From IMG/VR virus record IMGVR_UViG_3300044630_007263: DNA of 64,000 nucleotides; one strand, given 5' to 3'. Numbering within the stretch: position 1 is the stretch's first letter; each line of letters opens with the position of its first letter. The translations under genes and the position numbers were made by a program. Shown here in pieces: positions 1 through 10,611 of this stretch. The notes under the pieces are model-generated. The model was not told the origin of the DNA. It saw only the letters and a program-made list of their open reading frames with translations, and ran no database searches. The stretch is from an uncultured virus (IMG/VR IMGVR_UViG_3300044630_007263). Its lineage: Duplodnaviria > Heunggongvirae > Uroviricota > Caudoviricetes.

Positions 1-19
1 CGGCTCTCTTAATATTGAA

Positions 20-256
20 TTGGTACGTTGGGAAGCAGAGTCGACTTATCTTTCGCGAATGGGAGCTCGTCACCAAAAGAAATATCCTAACTACTATAAC
101 TTTACAGTTAGCGACTATGGTGCAGAGCCTGGTACTCTACGAATCTTGTGGCACTCAAGCAAGGATCCAGTAAGGGAAGAGTCAATTGACTCAAGCGATC
201 CTTGGAAAGTTGTACAAAAGATAGACCAATTATTTAGCGAGCGCCGTGTTGATTAA
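20..256 (+). CDS. Hypothetical protein (probably 5'-truncated by window edge)
   Basis: ORF track; frame appears open to the window start. Confidence 0.5.
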   Translation: MVRWEAESTYLSRMGARHQKKYPNYYNFTVSDYGAEPGTLRILWHSSKDPVREESIDSSDPWKVVQKIDQLFSERRVD

Positions 257-683
257 TCGCCATACTATATCCGAATCATTTTCCTTTGCTACTTGGCAAA
301 GGCTTCAAGATCTAGGTCTTGGTGAAGGTGGTATTACAACTAAACGCATTGATCTGCATGGTAAACTCCTAAGTGGCCTAGTCGATGAAGCAGAGTTTAA
401 AGAAAAGTTGGTTGAGCTTGGATTGGTTGTACTTGTTGTTAAAGTATTTAGATCGAGGACCCAGCCAATTGCACAAACAGTTGCTATTGCTGGACCAGAA
501 GAAGCCTTTATCGAATTAGATAGTTGGTGGCAGGAACAAACTGGTCGAGGCTGTCCAATCCATAATTATCTAGACAACTATTTGTCAAATGGATTCTTGG
601 TTAAGGATCGTTGGTCACAAGCAGTTGCAGATGGCCGAGCTATTGCAACTGGCGCATTTAATGAATTAGGTTCAAGATTATAA
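246..683 (+). CDS. Hypothetical protein
   Basis: ORF overlapping upstream stop. Confidence 0.6.
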   Translation: MLINRHTISESFSFATWQRLQDLGLGEGGITTKRIDLHGKLLSGLVDEAEFKEKLVELGLVVLVVKVFRSRTQPIAQTVAIAGPEEAFIELDSWWQEQTGRGCPIHNYLDNYLSNGFLVKDRWSQAVADGRAIATGAFNELGSRL

Positions 684-689
684 ACTATT

Positions 690-1562
690 ATGAAAACTTT
701 ATTAACCATACTACTATTGGTGACTGGCCTAGCCGCAACCGCACAAACCCCAGCCGATACCCTAAAGCTGACACCACAAGAACTATTTGAATTTAACTCT
801 CAATGGTTGGGATTGGGAACAACTCAAGCCTATATTGATTTTTCAAAGGACGTCCTAAATACTTCAGATCTTTCGCTTGGTGTTGTGGGTCGTAAGGTAT
901 CAACTACACTTAACTTAACCCTTAACAGGGCTTCGACTAGTGGGGAGTGGAATCATGCTGGAATCCTATCAATTAATCCAGGCTGGAAATATTATGGCAT
1001 AGGTTATGGCCTTACCCGAAAGAGCGATTGGCGTAGCACAACTCTACAGGTAGTTGGTTCGTTTGATTTTGATTTTCAGAAAAATATTAATGTATCATTT
1101 ATTGATATGATTAAGACCCATAGATTTGGCACAATTGGCTATAACTTAACTGCAAGCCAAACATTTTGGGGCGAGTGGGAAGGCCCATGGCAAGGCGAAT
1201 ACACAGTTGATTCGCTGGGTAATTGGGTCGCTAACATCTATCCGATAATGCCACCATCTAGACAGCTGACAACCCGTGCCATGATTGTCTATTCTTATCC
1301 AATTAAAAAGAAACGGGTGACCCTTTCACCACAAATTATTTTAGTTAGTGATATTCACAGGTCATTTAGTGATGGTACTCTTAATATTAGTTACCTAGCA
1401 GATTTTAATTTGGATGCCTATTATGGTATACAGGCAGATTGGAAAATAGGAAAAAACTTTATCTTAAATAGCGGTTTAAGATTTAATAGTACAATTGAAA
1501 AAAACAGTCAAGGTTTTAAAAAGAGTAACCCTATTCTTTTTTCAATCGGCACCGGCTTCTAG
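690..1562 (+). CDS. Secreted, probable outer-membrane beta-barrel protein
   Basis: Signal peptide, alternating beta-strand pattern, C-terminal Phe. Confidence 0.55.
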   Translation: MKTLLTILLLVTGLAATAQTPADTLKLTPQELFEFNSQWLGLGTTQAYIDFSKDVLNTSDLSLGVVGRKVSTTLNLTLNRASTSGEWNHAGILSINPGWKYYGIGYGLTRKSDWRSTTLQVVGSFDFDFQKNINVSFIDMIKTHRFGTIGYNLTASQTFWGEWEGPWQGEYTVDSLGNWVANIYPIMPPSRQLTTRAMIVYSYPIKKKRVTLSPQIILVSDIHRSFSDGTLNISYLADFNLDAYYGIQADWKIGKNFILNSGLRFNSTIEKNSQGFKKSNPILFSIGTGF

Positions 1563-1578
1563 GAAATAAATAAAGTAT

Positions 1579-1917
1579 ATGAAACACGTAAATAACTTTA
1601 ATAGCTGGAGGGAGACTAGCCAAATTAATGAAGGTTATGAAATAACTCTTCAAGCAGCAATTGCACTTGCTATAATTGGTTTTGCTGGTCTACGTCAAAT
1701 TTTCTTAAATATCGCAAAGCGGGTTGGTGGCAAACAAAAACTTGAAGAAGCGGACCTTCTTAATCTTGTTGATGAAGGCATTGATGCAATTCGCAAAGCC
1801 GATAAGAGTGGAGCCTCATTTGCTCAATTAGAAAAGGAACTTAAGGCAAGAGTAAAGAGCGGTAAAATCCAAACAATTAATGATATTCTTAAATCAATTA
1901 GCGAATTAACCCGATGA
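1579..1917 (+). CDS. Hypothetical protein with capsid-targeting-like leader and one TM helix
   Basis: MKHVNNFNSW...INEG; upstream ATAAATA. Confidence 0.6.
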   Translation: MKHVNNFNSWRETSQINEGYEITLQAAIALAIIGFAGLRQIFLNIAKRVGGKQKLEEADLLNLVDEGIDAIRKADKSGASFAQLEKELKARVKSGKIQTINDILKSISELTR

Positions 1918-2882
1918 AACACCTTATGCTATATGAAGAGTGGTGTGCAACCGGTCAACTTAGTCCGGGAGCCGTGCCAATCTTTGAATTTGATCTTGAT
2001 CTTTCAACGGTTCTACATGCAATTGGTGATATTTCAGCAGCAGTTGCCGATGTGGTTGTTCCAGGTTCGGGTATGGTAATTGATGTTATTAACATGCTTT
2101 CCTATTTTGTTGAGGCTAGTTTTAAAAATGCAAAGACTCAACTCAATGATATTATTAAACTTTCGCTCAGTGGACTTATTCAATTTGTTGCAATATTTGA
2201 TCCGCTTAATATAGTAACCACGCTTAAGACTGGACTCAATCAAATTTTTACTGCTCTTAGGGGTGGAGCCTCACCAACTACAATTGCCGCGGCTCGCTTG
2301 GCTGCTCGTAGTGTGGGTGATGGTATTATTGCACTCAAAAACAGTGCGCTTAGGGTTATCGGAAATGTTATAACAACTCTATCTCAATCAAGATTTGGTC
2401 AAGTTATTTCATGGTTAAGTGGAAGACTTGGAATAACTGATGTCCTTGGTTGGCTTAGGAGATTTATAACTCAAACTCTACCCGGTTATATTAAAACCTT
2501 TTTAGAACTATTAGCTAGATTAAATCCATCTGGAGCAGGGTCACAGCCACTGAGTGGAGAGCTTGCTGAGCTTATTACAAAGGCAGGCGGTAAAGGCCTA
2601 GTAACTGTTTTTGCAACAGATGCTGCCGTAAATCAATCAGCACAGGTTATACACAATACGGTCAAACAAACAGCTGCAACCTTTAATTCTTTTTATTCAT
2701 CTAATACTGGTTCTAACTTTGGTTCATATTTAAAAATGCCAATTCATAACACAGACTTTAGTCGATCGGCTCAAGATGCAACTGCAGTAAAACAGCCAGT
2801 ACGGATGTTACCGAAGGGTGCGGTCGGCGTCAGTGCAGCCAATAAAGCAGCACTAGCCAAGGCGTTAGGCCATGGAAGTTAA
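1914..2882 (+). CDS. Hypothetical hydrophobic helical protein, possible virion cargo
   Basis: MKHLMLYEEW leader; amphipathic helices. Confidence 0.55.
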   Translation: MKHLMLYEEWCATGQLSPGAVPIFEFDLDLSTVLHAIGDISAAVADVVVPGSGMVIDVINMLSYFVEASFKNAKTQLNDIIKLSLSGLIQFVAIFDPLNIVTTLKTGLNQIFTALRGGASPTTIAAARLAARSVGDGIIALKNSALRVIGNVITTLSQSRFGQVISWLSGRLGITDVLGWLRRFITQTLPGYIKTFLELLARLNPSGAGSQPLSGELAELITKAGGKGLVTVFATDAAVNQSAQVIHNTVKQTAATFNSFYSSNTGSNFGSYLKMPIHNTDFSRSAQDATAVKQPVRMLPKGAVGVSAANKAALAKALGHGS

Positions 2883-2956
2883 GGCTAAGATCAATTAACT
2901 AAATCATAGCTTTTAGTACAAGATAAATAACTACAAATAAATTTAACAATTTTAAA

Positions 2957-4153
2957 ATGGCAACAATTAAACTATTTGAATCTTGGTTGCAGTCTCAAGC
3001 AATCAATGAATTTGGTCCTCATGGAGATATAGAAATGAGTTACATCACGCAGGCCTTTGACTCAGACGGCATGTACGAAGGATTACGGCAATATTTTGGA
3101 GGAGAAGACAATTTAAATTATGAAAAAATTAAATCGATTTTAATAAGAAACGGCATAGTTTTCTCAGTCACCCCTGAACACGCTGCTGCAATTTTAACTA
3201 ATTTGTTTATTGGTATTAAACAAACTATTACTGATTTAACTCCAGCTACATGGATTAATAAAAGTGGAGATATTAAACTAATGCCCCACCCAGAAAAGCC
3301 TACCGAAGTTCTTACAACTGGAGTTTTCACAAATGAGTTAATAAGCGATCCAGGAAATCCTGATCAAGCTTCAAAATATGAGAATATTGCACTATATTGC
3401 AATAATAAATCTTTATCTGAAATTGCGTATCGAATAAAATATCAAAAGGGTGGTTTACCCGGAGGTGGAGTAATCTTAGAAGTAAGTCCAGAAGGTACTC
3501 TAACCTGGGAAAAACCTGTAACAGGATTTAAATTTAAATTGTATGGAACTAAGGCTACAACGTCAGCTGTGTCTAAAGAAGTTGCAACGACTACCACTTG
3601 GGAAGTTCCAGCAACTGGAAAAACTATTGTTAAGGCATTACCTGGTACAATGTTTGAAACTGGAAAAACTACCTTATCTAATACTAAAGAATTAGATTCA
3701 GCAATTGCTGAATTACAAGCACTATTGGCCGATAAAAGTACTAAAATTAAAACAATTCAAGTTGAGGCTAGTGCATCCGGTGATCGTAAAGCAGCAGATG
3801 GAAAAAGCGGTTATCCAGCAAACCATCCAGCAGGTACTCAGTATTTTCCAAAGACTGCGGGCGAATCTGGAAATGCAACATTAGCATTTGGTAGAGCTGA
3901 CGCAATTGTATCAAAATTAAAAGGATTAGGCGTTCCTACAACAACTAAAGCAGTTATTCAAAATGGTGGAGATGATGCACAGTATGCTAAACTTACAGTA
4001 ACCGTTGAAAAAGTAGGCAAACCTGCTGAGCTTTTCACTAAAACTGAGTTAGACACTATTTTATCAAAACCTAAGCAAACTACTGGATTGGACTCAACTA
4101 GAACTCTAAGCGCCTGGACAGCAATTACAAATCCTCAAGGAAAAAACTCCTAA
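2957..4153 (+). CDS. Protein with C-terminal OmpA-like domain
   Basis: MFETGKTTL...IQVEASASGD...NATLAFGRADAI resembles the OmpA-C pattern. Confidence 0.5.
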   Translation: MATIKLFESWLQSQAINEFGPHGDIEMSYITQAFDSDGMYEGLRQYFGGEDNLNYEKIKSILIRNGIVFSVTPEHAAAILTNLFIGIKQTITDLTPATWINKSGDIKLMPHPEKPTEVLTTGVFTNELISDPGNPDQASKYENIALYCNNKSLSEIAYRIKYQKGGLPGGGVILEVSPEGTLTWEKPVTGFKFKLYGTKATTSAVSKEVATTTTWEVPATGKTIVKALPGTMFETGKTTLSNTKELDSAIAELQALLADKSTKIKTIQVEASASGDRKAADGKSGYPANHPAGTQYFPKTAGESGNATLAFGRADAIVSKLKGLGVPTTTKAVIQNGGDDAQYAKLTVTVEKVGKPAELFTKTELDTILSKPKQTTGLDSTRTLSAWTAITNPQGKNS

Positions 4154-4713
4154 AGACCACTACTGTTCCCATAATACCCTAACTGGAAAACGATATATGC
4201 GATTTTGTAGTTAGGGTATTTTATTATATTTACAGAGATAGCTCCGTACCTACATAACAATACTCCAGTAACTTGAGCATCTCCAAACTGAACAGTTGCA
4301 GTATCGCCAACCTTTTCTTGTCTTGGTGCAACAATTCCACTAACATGATATTTAGATTGTAACCATTTGGTTAGGGCAGTCTCTGCAATATATTGGTAAT
4401 TATCTTCTGCTTCAGATAAAATTGGAACAGCTACAATCATTTCCTGTCCTCTAAAGTCTTCCCACTCCTTTCCTCGATTGTGGCCCCAATTACCATTTTT
4501 TGAAACTTCATTATTCCACCTCTTGGCTGAGCTATACCAGAATTCTGTCCAAATAAAAGGTTTTTCAGGTAGAGTTGATCGATAGTTATTAATATGATTG
4601 AATACATATTTAGATAACTCTTTATCTTCCGTAACGCTTATCGGAGTTCCAGATTGAGTATATGCACCAGTTGATAATAGTGCAAATACAGAAGAAATAA
4701 TTAACCTTTTCAT
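4150..4713 (-). CDS. Secreted CAP/SCP-like protein
   Basis: Signal peptide; INNYRS...WGH...QE...WLQSKYH. Confidence 0.55.
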   Translation of the reverse strand: MKRLIISSVFALLSTGAYTQSGTPISVTEDKELSKYVFNHINNYRSTLPEKPFIWTEFWYSSAKRWNNEVSKNGNWGHNRGKEWEDFRGQEMIVAVPILSEAEDNYQYIAETALTKWLQSKYHVSGIVAPRQEKVGDTATVQFGDAQVTGVLLCRYGAISVNIIKYPNYKIAYIVFQLGYYGNSSGL

Positions 4714-4806
4714 AAATCTCTATACTATTGTTACTATAATTAATATACCAATTATTATTTTTTAATATACTAAATCAAATAACGTATTCTTTTGTATATT
4801 AACTAT

Positions 4807-5292
4807 ATGAAGAAGCTGATAATCTTAATTCTTATTGCAACTGGTTCTGCTGCAACTGCACAGGTTCAAAGGGATTCAGTTTATACCCTCGTTAGAGGTC
4901 TAATTGCTCCATCTACAAAGGTAACCAGAACCTCTAAACTAGATTCAGCTGCTGCACTTCATGCAAACTATCTAATTTCTGGTAAAAAGGCTGGCCACTA
5001 TGAAGAGGATCGTCCTCAAACCAGGACTCCAATGAAACGTGCAGAAAAGTTTGGAGATGCAGGCCTAGGAATCTATGAAGTGTGCTGGGCTGGGGATCCT
5101 AACTATACAGGTATTCCAGCTTCAACCAAATCTGCAATCTACTATTTTAAACTTAGTGATAAACATTGGGATATTATGACTAGAGGAGTCAGTCAATTTA
5201 CTGAAGTTAGATTTGGTTATAGCCGAATTGAAACCAAGGACTGGAGTGTATGTGTTATCCTCTACTCAACAGGACCTGAACCTGTAAGATAA
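4807..5292 (+). CDS. Secreted CAP/SCP-like protein
   Basis: Start moved to MKKLII; LDSAAALHANY...GHYE...SDKHWDIM. Confidence 0.55.
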   Translation: MKKLIILILIATGSAATAQVQRDSVYTLVRGLIAPSTKVTRTSKLDSAAALHANYLISGKKAGHYEEDRPQTRTPMKRAEKFGDAGLGIYEVCWAGDPNYTGIPASTKSAIYYFKLSDKHWDIMTRGVSQFTEVRFGYSRIETKDWSVCVILYSTGPEPVR

Positions 5293-5319
5293 ATAACTAC
5301 AAACAAACCATAATTATTA

Positions 5320-6669
5320 ATGGCAAATATTTTAAGATACCAAAATTGGTTAAGCGAAAATAGAATTTTTGAACAAGATGCAAGTCTTTTTATTGATTGG
5401 CGAGGAAAACTAAGTGGCAAATTCCCAAAATTAGGCTTGGCTGGAAGCGGTCAACGTATAATTGGAATTGCTGAAAAATCCGGAAAAGAAGGAGCACTTG
5501 GTATATCATTCGGCTCAGCTGCTAAACGTGGATCTAAATGGTCCAGTGTTACCCCTCCTAAATCAACACCAGCTGTAACAACTCAACCACAAGTTGCACC
5601 ACCGACTGTTACCCCATCGGTTGATTTTAAAGGAACAGATTTTCCTTACCCAGATAATATTATTACACCAAACTGGACAGTTGCTCAAACCGCTAAAGTT
5701 TTATTTGATGGTTTTATTACAAACCTAGTTGAATATTTTAGGTTAGATGCAACACAAGCAAAAAACAATTTCAAATCAATTGCAATTGAAGGAGCAGCCG
5801 ATATTGCAAATGCAACTCTAGATATTCCAGCTGGTTATACTAAACTAGACCATAATTATGGTGGTGCTAAACCAAGCAATGAATTTCTTGCAGAGAATCG
5901 CGCAATTAAAATGAAGGAAGAAATAGTTAAGGCCTTAACTGCAACCGGTAAACTTACTCCAGATTTGGTTACATTTATTTCAGGTAAAATTACAACCTCA
6001 TTTAAGGTTGGCTTGCCTAGAGGCGGTCGTTATGTTAAAATAACAACTAGTGCTACTCCATACGATGTAAAAACTCCAGGTGTTGTTACTCCAGGAACTA
6101 CTACGCCAGGAACAGAAACTCCAGGTCAAGTTGGATCAAGCGGCGAAACGTCTAAAACCTATTCAGTCTTAACTGATAATCTATTGGAATTCTTTTTTGG
6201 AGATGCTAGCAACCATAAAATTGAATCTAGCGCAATTACTCCATTTAGACCAGATAAAAATGGAAAATCTGATTTCCAAAAAATTGAAATAGGCGCACTA
6301 CAAGCATGGGCTAAAGAATATTTAGGCGGTGAATTATTGAGTTCAGATGAAGTTGCTAATCTTACTGCAACAATTGAAATGGGTGAAGCTGATACTCTTC
6401 AAAATTCATATGGTAAAGAAAGAACCTATTCGATTTCATTTAATGTTCCATCAGGAAAAGTATTTGCTCCATCTGATGAAGGCAATACTGTTACGTGTTC
6501 AACCGAAAACAGTAGATATCTAAACAGATATGGATATGGAACCGATCAGCAAGGAATAAAAACAGGTATGCCATTTGTAATATTCTATACTGCAATTGGA
6601 GATGGTCAATGGGGAATATTAGAAATGAACTCAGTTGCAATTGCAAAAGAAAATTTAATAATGTATTAA
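5320..6669 (+). CDS. Protein with OmpA-like domain and Pro/Thr linkers
   Basis: IAIEGAAD...NEFLAENRA; TPG repeats; resembles 2957..4153. Confidence 0.5.
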   Translation: MANILRYQNWLSENRIFEQDASLFIDWRGKLSGKFPKLGLAGSGQRIIGIAEKSGKEGALGISFGSAAKRGSKWSSVTPPKSTPAVTTQPQVAPPTVTPSVDFKGTDFPYPDNIITPNWTVAQTAKVLFDGFITNLVEYFRLDATQAKNNFKSIAIEGAADIANATLDIPAGYTKLDHNYGGAKPSNEFLAENRAIKMKEEIVKALTATGKLTPDLVTFISGKITTSFKVGLPRGGRYVKITTSATPYDVKTPGVVTPGTTTPGTETPGQVGSSGETSKTYSVLTDNLLEFFFGDASNHKIESSAITPFRPDKNGKSDFQKIEIGALQAWAKEYLGGELLSSDEVANLTATIEMGEADTLQNSYGKERTYSISFNVPSGKVFAPSDEGNTVTCSTENSRYLNRYGYGTDQQGIKTGMPFVIFYTAIGDGQWGILEMNSVAIAKENLIMY

Positions 6670-6676
6670 TTTACGC

Positions 6677-7441
6677 ATGCGATACATTAAACTATTTGAA
6701 GACCTAGAACCATTTTATCAACCTAAACTTAATCCAAGAGTTTGGGGTATCGCTGATGTAAACTCTGCACCGAAAATACATCCAACTCTACGTAACAGAC
6801 TACTTGTAATTGCTCAGGATTTTTATGAAGCCCTTAAGGTTGAGATTCCAATTGAAGATATCCACTTAACTGGATCTCTTGCCAATTATAACTGGACCAA
6901 ATACTCTGATTTTGATGTGCATGTACTTTTTGATTTTACAAAGATCAATGAAGATACAGCTCTAGTTAAAAAAGCTCTAGACGGTCAGAGATTTATGTGG
7001 AATCAGCGTCATCCAGTTAGGATCTTAGATCATGATGTTGAACTCTATGCACAAGATATTAGCGAACCGCATATTGCCAGTGGACTCTATTCTCTCCTAA
7101 AGGACGAATGGATTACAATTCCTCGCTTTACCCCACCTTCAATTGATCCTAAGGACGTTAGTCGCAGAGTTGAAGCTCTACAAACTGAGATTGAAATGTT
7201 AGCTAAGGAAATTGATACAAGCGATTTCGGGTTAATTCAGGAGCCTCTAATTTCAAGGGTTGATTGGCTTAAAGAGAAAATCATGAAAGCTCGTAAGGAT
7301 GGTCTGAGTGAACGGGGAGAGTTCTCAGTTGAGAACCTAACGTTTAAAGCTTTAAGAAATTCAGGCCATATTGAAAAACTAATTGACTTAGGCAAGGAAG
7401 CCTATCGTAAACGTCACTCTGACGGAAACCCTATTGCATAA
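6677..7441 (+). CDS. Pol-beta-superfamily nucleotidyltransferase
   Basis: LTGSLANYNWTKYSDFDVHV (hG[GS]...DxD motif) plus downstream VELYAQD. Confidence 0.8.
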   Translation: MRYIKLFEDLEPFYQPKLNPRVWGIADVNSAPKIHPTLRNRLLVIAQDFYEALKVEIPIEDIHLTGSLANYNWTKYSDFDVHVLFDFTKINEDTALVKKALDGQRFMWNQRHPVRILDHDVELYAQDISEPHIASGLYSLLKDEWITIPRFTPPSIDPKDVSRRVEALQTEIEMLAKEIDTSDFGLIQEPLISRVDWLKEKIMKARKDGLSERGEFSVENLTFKALRNSGHIEKLIDLGKEAYRKRHSDGNPIA

Positions 7442-7472
7442 TAGAGTAAAATATAGAATAAATCTCTATACT

Positions 7473-7607
7473 ATGCGATCAAAAATTAAATCACTTTCAA
7501 ATTTTGCATTTTCAAGCATTTGGAATTTTGTCTTTACTCTATTAAGTATAAGTATTGCACTTCGTTTTATTGCACTATTTGTTAAGTACTGTATAATTCA
7601 AAACTAG
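7473..7607 (+). CDS. Small membrane protein (44 aa, not in ORF track)
   Basis: Manual translation MRSKIKSLSNFAFSSIWNFVFTLLSISIALRFIALF...; fills intergenic gap. Confidence 0.55.
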   Translation: MRSKIKSLSNFAFSSIWNFVFTLLSISIALRFIALFVKYCIIQN

Positions 7608-7608
7608 C

Positions 7609-7815
7609 ATGAAGCAACTCGACTATATTGCAATAGCACAATGGATTGACAAGATAGTCGAGTCGGCAACTACCAAAGCCCATCTTAAAGTTTGTGAAAA
7701 GCTATTAGATCGATATCAAGATCTAATTATAAGTGAGCACAATTCTAAACTGTGGGTTCTACACCACAAAATCCGCAATAACATTTTTACCAAATCTGTC
7801 AAGATTAAAGTATAA
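7609..7815 (+). CDS. Hypothetical protein
   Basis: ORF track, tight spacing. Confidence 0.6.
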   Translation: MKQLDYIAIAQWIDKIVESATTKAHLKVCEKLLDRYQDLIISEHNSKLWVLHHKIRNNIFTKSVKIKV

Positions 7816-7822
7816 TAGTACT

Positions 7823-7984
7823 ATGAAAGTAGTATACATGGAGCAGACTATTAATTGGCTTGCTCAAATTGATCCACACCTAGTTAATAACCTTATTCAA
7901 TCAGGTACTGTTAAAAAGACAGAATCTGGTATTAATTATTTAGTAATAGAAGAAGATGGAAACACCGACACAAAAGGCAATTAA
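7823..7984 (+). CDS. Hypothetical protein
   Basis: Start moved to MKVVYMEQ. Confidence 0.55.
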   Translation: MKVVYMEQTINWLAQIDPHLVNNLIQSGTVKKTESGINYLVIEEDGNTDTKGN

Positions 7985-8156
7985 TGAAGCTCGTGCCATT
8001 ATGGAAAGTTTTGACGAAGCTGGCGCAATGACAATTGGATTTGATCAGCCAACTTATACCTTAACTGCAGAGCAAATGACTAAAATCGCTGGAGCTCTTT
8101 ACCTAGCTGATTGCGAAATTGATAACTTAACTGGATCCCAGTGTAAATGTAACTAA
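7956..8156 (+). CDS. Hypothetical protein
   Basis: ORF track. Confidence 0.55.
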   Translation: METPTQKAINEARAIMESFDEAGAMTIGFDQPTYTLTAEQMTKIAGALYLADCEIDNLTGSQCKCN

Positions 8157-8157
8157 G

Positions 8158-8457
8158 ATGCCAACTCTAATTAAAATACATCCAGACGGTCGAGAAGAAT
8201 TTATGGAGCAAGGAGCAAGGGTCGATGCTATTGCTTGGAATGAAGACAAGACATTTAAAGAAGTAGTCGATCATAAACCGGTAGTCGGGTGTTCACTCCT
8301 AGTAGGATCTGTTACTGCTCGCAGTTATTCTAATCAAGACTATTGGTTGACAACTGTCGTAACTGAAATCTTAGAAGAGGAAAGGGATGAAGAAGGTTAC
8401 TTAAAATTTGTTAGATTTAAAACCAAAAACTCAGAATACCTTTTAACCAACAGATAA
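8158..8457 (+). CDS. Hypothetical protein
   Basis: ORF track, tight spacing. Confidence 0.65.
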   Translation: MPTLIKIHPDGREEFMEQGARVDAIAWNEDKTFKEVVDHKPVVGCSLLVGSVTARSYSNQDYWLTTVVTEILEEERDEEGYLKFVRFKTKNSEYLLTNR

Positions 8458-8458
8458 G

Positions 8459-8662
8459 ATGGCAAATCACAAAATTGAAATAGAATTAAACGATAAAGAA
8501 CAGGCAAAGTATGAGGAATGGATTGAGCATATTAAGGCTCTATATGGTCAGGTTGGGCTACTTACTTGGAAATACACACCAAACGGAATTGGTATGGAAC
8601 TTAGTGTCTTTAGTCATTTAGCAAAGGTTGAATTAGACCTAACCGATATTGATAGTTGGTAA
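8459..8662 (+). CDS. Hypothetical protein
   Basis: ORF track, tight spacing. Confidence 0.65.
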   Translation: MANHKIEIELNDKEQAKYEEWIEHIKALYGQVGLLTWKYTPNGIGMELSVFSHLAKVELDLTDIDSW

Positions 8663-8675
8663 TTAAAATAAATTT

Positions 8676-8927
8676 ATGATAAATCTAATATTCTTAATTT
8701 ACGTAGTTGGATATTTTATATCCCTATATGTAATGCACAAATTTAAAAATGGCTTAGATCTTAATAACTATGATCCGCCGCATCCAGACTACTATGATGA
8801 TTATGACTCAAATGCTGAAGCCTATGCAACTATTAGTTTTATGTGGCCACTGTTTTGGGCAGCTATGGTTATTTCCCTTATTTGGAAAAGCTTAGTATGG
8901 ATTTCTACTAAATTAGATACAAAATGA
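8676..8927 (+). CDS. Two-TM membrane protein
   Basis: Two hydrophobic segments. Confidence 0.6.
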   Translation: MINLIFLIYVVGYFISLYVMHKFKNGLDLNNYDPPHPDYYDDYDSNAEAYATISFMWPLFWAAMVISLIWKSLVWISTKLDTK

Positions 8928-9502
8928 AAGTAATATTTTTAGATATAGATGGAGTTTTAAATTCACAGGATTGGTATGTCTATCGTAGAGATGTGGTTGA
9001 AATGGATTCAGTTAATGCACAATATCCATTCTATGAATTTGATCCCCGTGCAATTGAGAGACTAAACCGAATTATAAAGGAAACTGATGCTAAAATTGTA
9101 GTTAGTTCAAGTTGGAGAAGCGGCGAAACTGTCGAATCTTTACAAAGGCTATTTGATCAAGTTGGTATTGTTGGAGAAGTTATTGGAGTAACACCTCATC
9201 TTTGGTGTAAAAAACCATATGAAGAATTTGATGGATACCGAATGCCAAGAGGTTGTGAAATTGACTGGTGGTTAGATAATCATGGAGATTTTCAAAGAAT
9301 TAATTGGAGCGAAGAGAAACAAATCGAGCATATTGATAAAGCCATAGTTAAGAACTATATTATTTTAGACGATGATTCGGATATGTTATATGGACAACGT
9401 GAACATTTTATTAAAACTCAGCACCCAACTGGTCTAACGGATGATCTTGCAGATAAGGCTATTGCAATCTTAAACCAATCATTAGTAGATTTATATTATT
9501 AA
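8924..9502 (+). CDS. HAD-family phosphatase (RNA-repair 'Swiss army knife' HAD type)
   Basis: FLDIDGVLN, IVVSSSWR, RGCEI, IILDDD. Confidence 0.8.
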   Translation: MKVIFLDIDGVLNSQDWYVYRRDVVEMDSVNAQYPFYEFDPRAIERLNRIIKETDAKIVVSSSWRSGETVESLQRLFDQVGIVGEVIGVTPHLWCKKPYEEFDGYRMPRGCEIDWWLDNHGDFQRINWSEEKQIEHIDKAIVKNYIILDDDSDMLYGQREHFIKTQHPTGLTDDLADKAIAILNQSLVDLYY

Positions 9503-9510
9503 TACAAACT

Positions 9511-10107
9511 ATGAAAGTAATATTTTTAGATCATGATGGAGTAATTTGCTTAGCAACTGAATGGGGCGGTAGATTTAAGAAGCAACAAAAGGCTGGCCGA
9601 AAACTGAGCCAATCTGTTTTGTCATTATCTGTTGATGCACGTTTTGATAATTTCAATAAGAAAGCAGTCGCAGTCTTAAATGAAATTTTGCAAGAAACTG
9701 GAGCAGAAATTGTAGTTAGTTCAGATTGGAAACGTTGGGCAAATGTAGAAGAGATGGGAGAATACTATGAGGCAAAAGGTATTATTAAAAAACCAATTGC
9801 ATATACTCCAAATCTGGCTGAGTGTAATTGGTATAATGCAGGTACATTTGTTTGGGCGCCTAAATGGGATTTAGAACAGACTCGCGCAATTGAAATCAAG
9901 CAATACTTAATCGATCATCCAGAAATAACACATTGGGTTGCAGTCGACGATTTAAATATGGGAGCGCCATACACAGATCCAGATTGGGGAGATATGGATA
10001 GAGATTGGGGTCTCTCTAATTTTGTCTTAACTCCAAAATCAAGAGAAGGAATAAAACAAAGTGGGGTCAAAGAATCAATTTTAAAATTTTTAGGAAATGG
10101 GAACTAA
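9511..10107 (+). CDS. HAD-family phosphatase paralog
   Basis: FLDHDGVI, IVVSSDWK, RAIEI, WVAVDD. Confidence 0.8.
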   Translation: MKVIFLDHDGVICLATEWGGRFKKQQKAGRKLSQSVLSLSVDARFDNFNKKAVAVLNEILQETGAEIVVSSDWKRWANVEEMGEYYEAKGIIKKPIAYTPNLAECNWYNAGTFVWAPKWDLEQTRAIEIKQYLIDHPEITHWVAVDDLNMGAPYTDPDWGDMDRDWGLSNFVLTPKSREGIKQSGVKESILKFLGNGN

Positions 10108-10597
10108 CTATTACAGAATTCCAACTGAACAAGAAATGGAAGAGCGTAAAGCTAGATTAGCTAAGCGTATTCAGGAATTAGAGATGACACCTTCAAATAT
10201 TGAACGTAGATTTTCTACAATTCCTACTCATGATTCTGATTATGTATGGGAACACGAATCTCCATGGGACGAGTTCTGTGATCAAACTCTAATTCACTTA
10301 GGTAAAAGGTCAAGTGGTTGGAAATTCTGCTGGAATTTTAATGGTGAAAGATATTACACCAATAAAGAAACTCTACTTAAGTTTATTAAGAGTGGTAGAG
10401 TAGTTGATGAGTATGGAACAGAATTTGAAGCTGATGAGTTTATTCAAATGGCTATGGAATGGGGTCAACCTGATGGATTAGTCGCTGACGAAGCATACAT
10501 GAGAGATAAGGAACACTACTTAGGAAATAATTGGAAAGCCTATGCTGATCGTGAAATTGATGGACTAAGAGTTTCAAGCTCAACTGAATTCTGTTAA
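10097..10597 (+). CDS. Hypothetical phage protein
   Basis: MGTNYY...HLGKRSSGWKF. Confidence 0.65.
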   Translation: MGTNYYRIPTEQEMEERKARLAKRIQELEMTPSNIERRFSTIPTHDSDYVWEHESPWDEFCDQTLIHLGKRSSGWKFCWNFNGERYYTNKETLLKFIKSGRVVDEYGTEFEADEFIQMAMEWGQPDGLVADEAYMRDKEHYLGNNWKAYADREIDGLRVSSSTEFC

Positions 10598-10611
10598 AAT
10601 TAAAATATAAA

